Made by a program: the position numbers and the translations under genes
Notes under the pieces: model-generated
Database searches by the model: none
What the model was told of the DNA's origin: nothing
What the model saw: the letters and a program-made list of their open reading frames with translations, nothing else
Assembly (NCBI GenBank): GCA_012295275.1
Contig: CM022676.1
Coordinates: 10,726,001-10,790,000 of the forward strand
Origin: Chrysomallon squamiferum
Taxonomy: Eukaryota; Animalia; Mollusca
DNA: 64,000 bases
Reading direction: 5' to 3'
Shown here: positions 1-11,049 of the stretch, piece by piece
Position numbering within the stretch: position 1 is the stretch's first letter
Layout of the letters: each line of letters begins with the position of its first letter

Positions 1-211
1 CATTGCAGGGACAAAGAAAGCCAGTGAATCAGAAAACTAAAAGAATCTGTTAAAATTTATGTTAGCAAATTATTAATATTTTTAAATACCATTACACCTG
101 CATGTACGCATGCGTGCATGTGTGAGAGTGCATGCACGTCTAATTATGTGCATATATATAACATGTTTAAAAATCATAAATAAATAAAATAAATAAGAAG
201 AAGAAGAAGAA

Positions 212-244
<33 letters not shown>

Positions 245-1153
245 AAAGAAAAGACTGAATAAAAAAAAAAAAAAGGAAAAGAGTTTTATATAATCTGTAA
301 TTTAAAATCTGGTCCAGAATAAAGTTATAAAACAAAATAATACAAAATATTTTACACTAAATTATGAAGTATTAGTAGTTGTAGTAGTAACTGCTGCTAT
401 TATTGTTCTTTATTATTTATTCATTTATTAAAATTTATTTATTTACTTATTATTGCTGTTGTTTTTGTTATTGTTAGTAATAGTAGCAGTAATATTGTTG
501 TTCTTGTTGTTTTTGACTAACAAGTTAAAAAATAATTAACCCATTCAGACACTGCCGATACTCTTGTCCAAAAAAAAGAAGATGTGTGTTATCGATTATG
601 CATGAGGTATTTCACGGGATCGAATTATTACTTAATTTTTATATATATTTTTCTTCTTCTTCTTCTTCTTTTTCTTACCCCTGTTGACGACTTCTGCAGA
701 TACTCCGAAAAAAAAAAAGAGGACGATATTCTTTGCCCTGTTTGATCTGCTATGACAACGAATAGCATCACAAAAAACCTTAGTTGGCCCACTATTTATT
801 TCTGTAAGCTTTCCGAAGGTAGCGAGGTGAGTTAATAACGATTTGTTGCTATGGTGTTAACTTCAGTGGCTGGTTTGAAACCATGAACGTGCATCCGGTT
901 TAAGGTGTCACGTATTGCCATCACCGGAAGTAGATATCTGTTTAAAAAAAAAAAAAAAAAAAAAATATACGTCATTTAGATTTCACAGCCATACCTATGA
1001 TGTCAGAATGCGTCAAAATATTGGTTGATTTTTTTTTTTTGGATCAGACTTCTGCAAACTGAAAATACTATTTAGTAAGTATGTCGTTCGAAAATAAAAA
1101 TAATAATAATAAAAAAATAAATAAAAATTAAAAAATTAAAAAAGTAACAACAT

Positions 1154-1197
<44 letters not shown>

Positions 1198-1266
1198 TGT
1201 TTTTGATTCACACGTTACAAAATGATCAAAACATTCAGACGCTGCCAATACTATTCTGTTTATCTA

Positions 1267-1318
<52 letters not shown>

Positions 1319-1444
1319 CACACATGCACTTCTAATTTTGATATAATGTAATTTAACTACATAATTATATAATTTAACTTTGATTAGTATTTTCAATTTT
1401 TTTTTATTTTATCAGGTTTTAAAGTTAAAAGGAAATCATCCAAC

Positions 1445-1515
1445 ATGTATGTTTCCCTCACCGCTGTTGCTCTTTGTATTTTATACATGTCAGGAAAATC
1501 ATATGCAGTGAAAGG

Positions 1516-1598
<83 letters not shown>

Positions 1599-1813
1599 TC
1601 TCTATCATTCTGTCTCTCTTTCTCTCTATCTCTGTCTTCCGTATCTCTTTCTATATCTCTCTCTGCGTACCTCTTTCTTTCTCTCTTTTTTTATTTCTGT
1701 TTTTCTCCCTGTCTCTCAGTTTCTCTCTCTTTCAATATTATTGAAGTTCCTAGAAAACGTACAAGCTGTATGAATGTGTATGAGAGACAAGCAGAAGGAG
1801 AGAGAAAGAAAGA

Positions 1814-1875
<62 letters not shown>

Positions 1876-2258
1876 AACAATGGCTAACTGACCAGTGTAA
1901 GATGTTTCAGAACACACCGTGAAGATAATAGGCCACATACTTATACCGAACGTAAACAACACACTTATCTGCGTAAGCACGCACAAAGAGGGTTACCCGG
2001 AGGTTTTCTGGACCCGAAGTGACAACCCTGATGTGCACCTTAAAGGCGTCATGAGACAGTTTAAGTCACCGAGAGGATACGAAACACGACTTTATTACAA
2101 ATACTTACCAGACATGCTGTATTTCCTCCGCGTCAAGTTAATATACTACTGCAACGCCATCTACAACAAAATACAGAAAACGACGCGCTTCACAGCCACG
2201 GTCACGTGTAAGTTTAGTTCTGAAACAGAATTTAGAACCTTCGAGAAATGCATGATTG

Positions 2259-2310
<52 letters not shown>

Positions 2311-2587
2311 GCACTCAAACACACACACACACAGACACACTCGCACACACACACACTCACTCACACACATAGACACACACACACTCACCCCCCACACACA
2401 CACACACTCTCACACACACATATACACACACATATTCTCACACACACACATATACACACACATTGATTGTATATATATACGTAAATCATTGTCAGTCACA
2501 CACGCATTCTCCATTTTTAACATGATCATGTCATACGAACATACGCACGTTCTAAATNCCATTTTATTTTTTTCCTTTGACCTTCTT

Positions 2588-2630
<43 letters not shown>

Positions 2631-3272
2631 TTTTATTATTATTATTTTTTGTTTCCCTAAGATCTTCCACAATACGATGGTGCTAGAACTCTAGTTCTCG
2701 CCAACCCTGGTGATAATATTACTATTAACTGCACCCTTTATCACAACGAGGGCGAGACTTTTTTCAACTGGATTCACAACAACGTCGAGATGGAGTCACA
2801 AGTGAACTTGCTGAACCTCTCCCTGTTCGAAGATGAGTTCTTTGGCCGGTACGACTGCAGGGAAATCACTGATTACGGAGTCCAAAAACCTCGATACTTC
2901 TATGTCGTAAACGCTGAAAGTTAGTTTTTCAAATTGCATCGTTTTGAATACAGGCAGACAGACAGACAGACAGTGAGACAGACAGACAGAAGCTCAGATA
3001 GATAGATAGATAGATCTATTATTATCAGCTTATTGTAATTATTATTATTATTGTCATCATCATCATCATCATATTGATCATTACCGTTAATCTTATCATT
3101 ATTACGATGTCATTATTACTTCTAATAGTAATAGTTATTATTGTTGTTTTATCTTCATAATTATTATTGTTGTTATTATTTATTTTTAGCATTGGTATTA
3201 TTGTTATCATTATCATCATCATCATCATCATCATCATCATCTTTGTATTTATTATTGTCGTCGTCTATATCA

Positions 3273-3310
<38 letters not shown>

Positions 3311-3445
3311 TTTAATATTATTATTATTATCATTAATATTATTATTACTATTATTATTATTATTTTTAATATTATTATTATTATCATTAATATTGTTATT
3401 ACTGTTATTATTATTATTTTAAATATTATTATTATTATTAATATT

Positions 3446-3476
<31 letters not shown>

Positions 3477-3483
3477 TTATTAA

Positions 3484-3520
<37 letters not shown>

Positions 3521-3600
3521 TTAAATATTATTATTATTATTATTATTTATTATTATTATTATTATTTTTAATATTATTACTATTATTAATATTATCATCA

Positions 3601-3643
<43 letters not shown>

Positions 3644-4568
3644 TACTAAAAGAAGTCCACGCCGATGTGTACTACGAATGGGAAAACGCGTTGCTGGGTC
3701 AGGACGTTGTGATGGACTGCTGCGTGAAGATGTGTTACAAGGAGACGAAGTTCCAGTGGCAGTTCGAGAAGAAGTTTCTGAACGAAAAAGATCAAAAACT
3801 GAGCCTGATCCTTTCAGGAGGATTCGTTTGGAAACTACACCTGCTGGGTCATCGATGACCTGAACGTGACACACATTATCCAGTACTGGTTAGGACAGGG
3901 CATGCTGAAAGGTTAGCTTCATTGCTGTCCGTCGTTGCCGTTGTCGTTATTGTCGTGCTCGGTATTGTTGCTGTTATCATTGTTGACGTGTTTGGATGTT
4001 CCTGTTGTCGTTACTGTCGTTGTTGTTGTTGTTGTTGTTGTTGCTATCGTTACAGTCGTTTTTTGTTGTTTGTTGGTTGAGGTTTGTCGTCGTCGTTGTT
4101 GTTGTTGTTGTTGTTGTTATTGATTTGACTAATATCACTGTTTTCTGTATTGTCGTTGTTATTGTTTACTTACCTATCTGTCTGTCTCTGTCTACCTATC
4201 TGTTTATCTGTCTGTCTATCCATCAGTCTGTCTATGTATCTGTCTATCTATCCACCTATCAGTCTTTCTGTCTGCCTCTGTCTTTCTATCTATCTACCTA
4301 TCTGCCTGTCTATCTCTGTACCTATCTACTTACCTTTACTATATATGTACCTATCTATATAATCTATCTCTGCACCTATTTATCTACCTACGTATGTATC
4401 TGTATACCTACCGATGTATGAAGTATGTATGTAGATATACGTATGTGTATGTATATATCATTATTGTGTGTGTATCTGTACTTATGTATCTACATACGTA
4501 GCTATCTGTTTACCTACCGATGTATGAAGTATGTATGTAGATAAACGTATGTGTATGTATATCATTAC

Positions 4569-4606
<38 letters not shown>

Positions 4607-4984
4607 ATAGAAGTGTGTGTGTATGTGTGTGTGTGTGTGTGTGCGCGAACATATATAGCAAGTATGCACGTGTAACTGATTTGTCTTTACTTTTCATTTA
4701 GTTACAACCCACTCTGAAAAGACTGACGTCCATTTCTTGTTAATTCTCTTGCTACTTATACCAATTGGATGCCTTTTCTTCTACATCAAAAGTAAGTATG
4801 TATAAAACTGATAAATAAATAAATAAATAGATCAATAAGTAAATGAATGAATTAATTTTAAAAAGTACATAAATAGGAAACAAAACAAAACAAACAAACA
4901 ACAACAGCAGCAACAAAATATTACTAATACGACGACGACTACTACTACTACTAATCACAATCATAATAATAATAATAATAATAA

Positions 4985-5015
<31 letters not shown>

Positions 5016-5048
5016 AAGAAGAAGAAGAAGAAGAAAAATTGTTATTAA

Positions 5049-5081
<33 letters not shown>

Positions 5082-5284
5082 AGAGCGCCCCAAAAAGGAA
5101 CAAAAAAGTGAGAACATGGAAAAAAAACCTTCAAGTAAGTGTTTTATATATTAATTAATAATTAATATTTAGTTTCGTTTTCATTTTCACTTTATAATAG
5201 CATAACGTGAAAAATAATAATAAACATATAATTATTTAGTGTTTTTTCTTATTTTTGTTTCTATGATTATTATTATTATTATTA

Positions 5285-5332
<48 letters not shown>

Positions 5333-5557
5333 CAAGTAAAGTTGATATATATTAATTAATAGTTAATATTTACTTTCGGTTTCATTTTTATTTATAATAC
5401 ATAACGTGAAAAATAGTATCATATATATCATTATTTAGTACCTTTTCTTCTTGTTCTTCTCATTCTTACTGTTACTACTACTATTACTACTACTACTACT
5501 ATACTATAATTATAATAATTATTATTATTATTTTCATTATAGTTATCATTATTATTA

Positions 5558-5619
<62 letters not shown>

Positions 5620-5811
5620 AGTTAAACTTTGGGCAGACAGAAGTGTGAATCCAGATGGAAATACCCCAAGTAAAACTGATATATATTAATTAATAATTAA
5701 TATTTACTTTCGGTTTCGTTTTCATTTTATAATAGCATACCGTGAAAAATAGTAATACATATATCATTATTTAGTATGTTTTCTTCTTGTCCTTTTTATT
5801 GTTATTATTAC

Positions 5812-5852
<41 letters not shown>

Positions 5853-6105
5853 TCATTATTACTATTGACGCATATTATTATTATTAAAATTGACATATAT
5901 TATTATTATTATTACTATTATTATAATTGACACATATTATTATTATTATTATTAATATTATTATTATTATTATTACAGTTAAACTTTGGACAGACAAAAG
6001 TGTGAATCCGGATGAAAATTCCTCAAGTAAAATTGATATATATTAATTCATAATTAATAATTACTAACAGTTTCGTTTTCATTTTTATAATAGCAGAACG
6101 CCAAA

Positions 6106-6151
<46 letters not shown>

Positions 6152-6621
6152 TTATTTACTATATTTTCTTCTTTTTTGTTGTGATGATTATTATTAGTGT
6201 TATTATTGTTATTATTATTGTTGTAGTTGTAGTTGTTGTTGTTGTTATTATTATTATTATTATTATTATTTTTTTTTTTTTTTTTTTATTTTTACAGCGA
6301 AACCCAAGGCAGACACAAATGCGATGACGGACAAACCTACAAGTAAAACTGACACTTATAAATTTACTTTCGGTTTCCATTTCCTTTTATAATGTTGTAG
6401 TATCTTTTCTTCTTTTTGTTGTTTTGTCATTGTTATTATCACCATCATCATCATTATCATCTTCAACAGCAGTGGAACTCATGACAACCATAATTCATAT
6501 ATATATATAATAATATTGTGATAAATAATAATTGATATTTACTTTCGTTTTTGTTTTTATTTTATAATATCATAACGTTGTGAACAAATATATTTTATTT
6601 AGTATCTTTCTTCTCTTGCTT

Positions 6622-6652
<31 letters not shown>

Positions 6653-7233
6653 TTATTATTATTATTATTATAGGTGAAACAAAAGGAAATGAAAGCGAGA
6701 ATTTGGTGAAGAGCTTATCAGGTAAAATTTAAATATATTAATTAATAAAAATGTGATAAATAATAATTAATATTTGATTTTGCTTTCGAATAAATAGTAA
6801 GAATAATAAATAACTGATTCTTTTTTGTTTTGTTTTGTGTATTAAGTGTAAATACATAATTCTTCTTACTGCTGTTGTTGTTGTTCTTCTTCTTCGTCTT
6901 CTTTTAAGTATAATTATTATGTTGTTGTAACTAAGTCAGATAAAGTTTATATATTAATAATGTGTTAAGATTATTGATATTAGTTTTATTTTCGGTTTCA
7001 TTTGTGAAACTTTGGGCAGACAGAAATGGTAATCTGGATGAAAAATATTCTAGTAAAATTGATATATATTAATTAATAATTAATATTTACTTTCGGTTTC
7101 GTTTTCATTTTATAATAAAGTTGTGAAGAAAAAAATTATATTATTATTCAGCACTGTTTCTTCATTTTTATTGTGATGATTATTATTGTTGTTGTTCTTC
7201 TTCTTTTTGTTGTTGTAGTTGTTGTTGTTGTTG

Positions 7234-7282
<49 letters not shown>

Positions 7283-7357
7283 AGTGAAATCCTTGACAGA
7301 CACAGATGGGATGTTGGATGAAAAACCTACACGTAAAATTGACACATATATATAATT

Positions 7358-7443
<86 letters not shown>

Positions 7444-7539
7444 CATAGTTAGTATCTTTTCTTTTTGTTGTCATTATTATTATTATTATTATCATCATCA
7501 TCATTATCATCTCCATCTACAGTGAAACTCATGACAAAC

Positions 7540-7590
<51 letters not shown>

Positions 7591-8255
7591 CAGTGTGATA
7601 AATAATAATTAATATTTATTTTTTGTTTTGTTTTCATTTTATAATATCATAAAATTGTGAAGAAAAAAAAACATATTTTATTTAGTATCGTTTCTTCATT
7701 TTCTTTATCTTTTTCTTCTTATTATTACTATTATTATAGCTGAAATCAATGAAAATCCAAGCGATAATTTGGTGAAGAACTTATCAGGTTAAATTTAAAT
7801 ACATTAATTAATAAAAATGTGATAAATAAAAATAATACTCGGTTTTGGTTTCGAATGAATAGTAAAAATATTTGTGACAATAATAATTGATTCTTTTTTT
7901 TTTTTTTTTTTTATATAATAAGTGTAAATACATGATTATTCTTACTGTTGTTGTTCTTTTTTTCTTCTTCTTCTTCATCTTCTATTATTATTATGTTGTT
8001 ATATCTAAGTCAGATAACATTTATATATCAATAATTTGATAAGGTTATTAATATTTATTTTCGGTTTCATTCTGTAACACATATGTGAAAAATAATAAAT
8101 TCTTCTTCTTTGTCATCTTCTATTTGTTGTTGTTGTTGTTGTTATTGTTATTTTAGCTCACGAATTGGAAAACGAAATCGGGAAGCATGATGAAGATATC
8201 AGTAAAATTTAAATTCATTAACTAGTTAGTATCTTAATTTTCTTCTTATCTTCTT

Positions 8256-8286
<31 letters not shown>

Positions 8287-8385
8287 TTATTATTATTATT
8301 ATTACTGTTGTTGTTAGTGTTTTGTTTTTATCATTAATTGTATTGTTAGTATGATAATAATAATTATTTATCTTATTTTGTTTTA

Positions 8386-8451
<66 letters not shown>

Positions 8452-8550
8452 TGTTGTTGTTGCTATTGTTTTGGTTTTGTCATTAATTGTGTTGTTAATA
8501 TTATAATAATATATTTTATTTTAGGAAGTTTCAATGAAAACCGAAAGTGA
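1445..8550 (+). CDS. Gene A: type I membrane IgSF receptor (signal peptide, 3 Ig domains, TM, micro-exon-encoded cytoplasmic tail), about 460 aa; one frameshift in the Ig3 exon
   Basis: Manually spliced exons, all AG/GT bounded with phase-1 introns: 1445-1514 ([23 protein letters not shown]), 1911-2207, 2662-2919, 3653-3911, 4702-4791 (TM), micro-exons 5084-5134, 5622-5669, 5979-6026, 6298-6342, 6674-6721, 7285-7332, 7740-7787, 8157-8201, terminal 8525-8550 (RSFNENRK*). Each domain shows the Ig C...W...YxC pattern. Confidence 0.8.
1911..2207 (+). CDS. Gene A exon: Ig domain 1 (C2/CD80-like)
   Basis: tttcag acceptor, gtaagt donor, 297 nt, phase 1-1; ...[21 protein letters not shown]...[10 protein letters not shown]...TATVT. 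Confidence 0.85.
2662..2919 (+). CDS. Gene A exon: Ig domain 2 (I-set-like); not in the ORF track
   Basis: 258 nt, phase 1-1; [85 protein letters not shown]. Confidence 0.85.
3653..3911 (+). CDS. Gene A exon: Ig domain 3 (I-set-like) with a frameshift at about 3812-3814
   Basis: 259 nt (3n+1). First frame gives ...[11 protein letters not shown]...[21 protein letters not shown]; shifted frame gives [32 protein letters not shown] then a gttagc donor. This aligns with [16 protein letters not shown] of Ig2. Confidence 0.75.
4702..4791 (+). CDS. Gene A exon: transmembrane helix
   Basis: 90 nt, phase 1-1, tttag/gtaagt; [30 protein letters not shown], followed by basic KRPKK in the next exon. Confidence 0.8.
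5084..8201 (+). repeat. Tandem array of about 12 exon+intron units carrying 45-51-nt cytoplasmic-tail micro-exons of gene A
   Basis: A typical unit is (TAT)n-yAG, micro-exon, GTAAAA, then a conserved intron block (ttgatatatattaattaataattaatatttactttcggtttcatttt...). There are 8 intact exons and decayed copies at about 5334, 6470, 7005 and 7523. Confidence 0.85.
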
Positions 8551-8874
8551 TGACTTTGAGAAGAAATTACCAAATCGGATTTGAAAATATAATTAAAGAT
8601 TATTTGAAAATGACTTATTTTCCCTTTTATAATAATATAAGTATGTTAATAATAATAATAATAACCCATTTATTTTATTTTCATATAATAATTGTAAATA
8701 TATTCTTATTTAGTACCTATACTTTTCTTTATGGTGTTAAAATAAAAATATTATTAAATAAATAATCAATAATTTAGTTCATATTTACAGAAAATTTAGA
8801 TTGTTTTTATTGAGGTTGTTTTTTTTCTTTTCATTATTTTATTTTTATTTATTTTTATTTACTTATTTATTTAT

Positions 8875-9230
8875 TTATCTTGTGTTACTGGTGTTGCTCT
8901 TTATCTTGTGTTCCTGTTGTTGCTCTTTATCTTGTGTTCCTGGTGATGGTCTTTATCTTGTGTTCCTGGTGTTGTTCTTTATCTTGTGTTCCTGGTGTTG
9001 CTCTTTATCTTGTGTTCCTGGTGTTGTTCTTTATCTTGTGTTACTGGTGTTGCTCTTTATCTTGTGTTCCTGGTGTTGTTCTTTATCTTGTGTTACTGGT
9101 GTTGCTCTTTATCTTGTGTTCCTGGTGTTGCTCTTTATCTTGTGTTCCTGGTGTTGTTCTTTATCTTGTGTTCTTGTGTTGTTCTTTATCTTGTGTTACT
9201 GGTGTTGCTCTTTATCTTGTGTTCCTGGTG
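8875..9230. repeat. 26-nt minisatellite, about 14 copies
   Basis: Unit ttatcttgtgtt(c/a)ctggtgttg(c/t)tct, repeated head to tail without spacers. Confidence 0.95.
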
Positions 9231-9399
9231 AAAATCTTTAAAATAGTTGCACGAGTTCAGTCTGATGATATCAGTAAAATATTATGAAATGCAAAATAAT
9301 AATATATTTTTTTGAAAATTAAAAGTATGAAGTTGCTGTTGTATTGTTTCTATAGGCAGCTTTACAGGTAATATGAACCAACAAGATAATGAGATAGAA

Positions 9400-9730
9400 C
9401 ACATACATACATACAAACATACAAACATACATACAAACATACATACATACAAACATACATACATATAAACATACATACAAACAAACATACAAACATACAT
9501 ACAAACAAACATACATACATACATACATACAAACATACATACAAACATGCATACATCCATACATACTAACATACATACATATACATATATATATACATGT
9601 ATATACAGACATTTGAACTTGTCATCTTCCGCTTGAAAACGTATCATACATACAAACATACATACATACAAACATACATACATACATACATACATAACAT
9701 ATATATATATACATACATACATACATACAA

Positions 9731-9762
<32 letters not shown>

Positions 9763-9765
9763 TCA

Positions 9766-9798
<33 letters not shown>

Positions 9799-9918
9799 TC
9801 ATACATACATACATACATACATACATACATACATACATACATACAATATATTCATACATACATACATACATACATACATACATACATACATACATACATA
9901 CATACATACATGCATACA

Positions 9919-9964
<46 letters not shown>

Positions 9965-10169
9965 CATATATATACATACATACTCTGAATTTGACAGATT
10001 TGAACTTGTCATCTTCCGCTTGAAAACGTATACATTTATTATTATTCATGCCCACATACACATATCACATACAACCCTCTCTCATACATACATATATTCA
10101 TATATACATACATACATACATACATACATATATTCATACATACATACATACATATATATATACATACAA

Positions 10170-10201
<32 letters not shown>

Positions 10202-10235
10202 TCATACATACAAACATACATACATACATAATATA
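9400..10235. repeat. (CATA)n/(CAAA) tetranucleotide microsatellite field with a duplicated unique about 32-nt island
   Basis: Long CATA runs; tttgaacttgtcatcttccgcttgaaaacgtat occurs at about 9612 and about 9999. Confidence 0.9.
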
Positions 10236-10537
10236 TATAATAATAATAATATAATAAAATAAATAAATACATTCTGCTGCTGTAATGACCATGAAACGCG
10301 AGTCCAGAAATGTTGCAACTGCGCACGTCAAACGGAAGTGACGGTTGGATAGAAAAGAAGAACAGTCAGGTGGCAAATATCTTCTGCCATCACCAAAAGC
10401 GTAGTTTAATTACAATGTCTAATTGTAACAGTAAAACTGTAGTCGATATTACAAATGACGTCCTTTTTTGTTAAGTTTTGTCTACGTAATAAATGTCTCC
10501 ATTGATACGTTAGGTGAAAATCAATTACATGTACTTC

Positions 10538-10579
<42 letters not shown>

Positions 10580-10659
10580 TTTTTATTATTATTTTTAAAT
10601 TGTCTTCATGCCTGAAATAAAGTTTACAAATTCGAAACTAACAAATAGTAGTAGTAGTA

Positions 10660-10711
<52 letters not shown>

Positions 10712-10836
10712 GTAAATAAAATAAAATAAAATTTTTTAAAATAAATAATCAATAATTTAGTTTATATTTACAGAAAATTTAGATTGTTTTTATTGAGGTT
10801 GTTGTTTTTCTTTTCATTATTTTCTTTTTATTTATT

Positions 10837-10895
<59 letters not shown>

Positions 10896-10985
10896 CGTTG
10901 TTGTTATGGTATATGCAGTAAAATTATTATTATTTATGTTATTTTTATTTTTATTATAGAAACCTAAAGTATCATAGGATTTCTG

Positions 10986-11020
10986 TTACGTCATAGGAAT
11001 TGACGTACCGGTCACATGAC
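10986..11020 (+). promoter_or_regulatory. Candidate proximal promoter of gene B (CRE-like sites plus E/M-box)
   Basis: TTACGTCA (10986), TGACGTA (11001) and GTCACATGAC (11011) lie 30-65 nt upstream of the ATG at 11050. Confidence 0.4.
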
Positions 11021-11049
11021 CAGTCTACAGAAACGTGTCTAACCGTAAA

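Noticed and set aside
5084-8201. CRISPR-like look: conserved blocks alternating with variable about 48-nt segments
   Set aside because: The context is eukaryotic, unit lengths are irregular (about 200-400 nt), the variable segments are AG/GT-bounded paralogous exons, and there are no cas genes.
8801-9287. Cys/Leu-rich 135-146 aa ORFs
   Set aside because: They are produced by the stop-free 26-nt minisatellite in all three frames.
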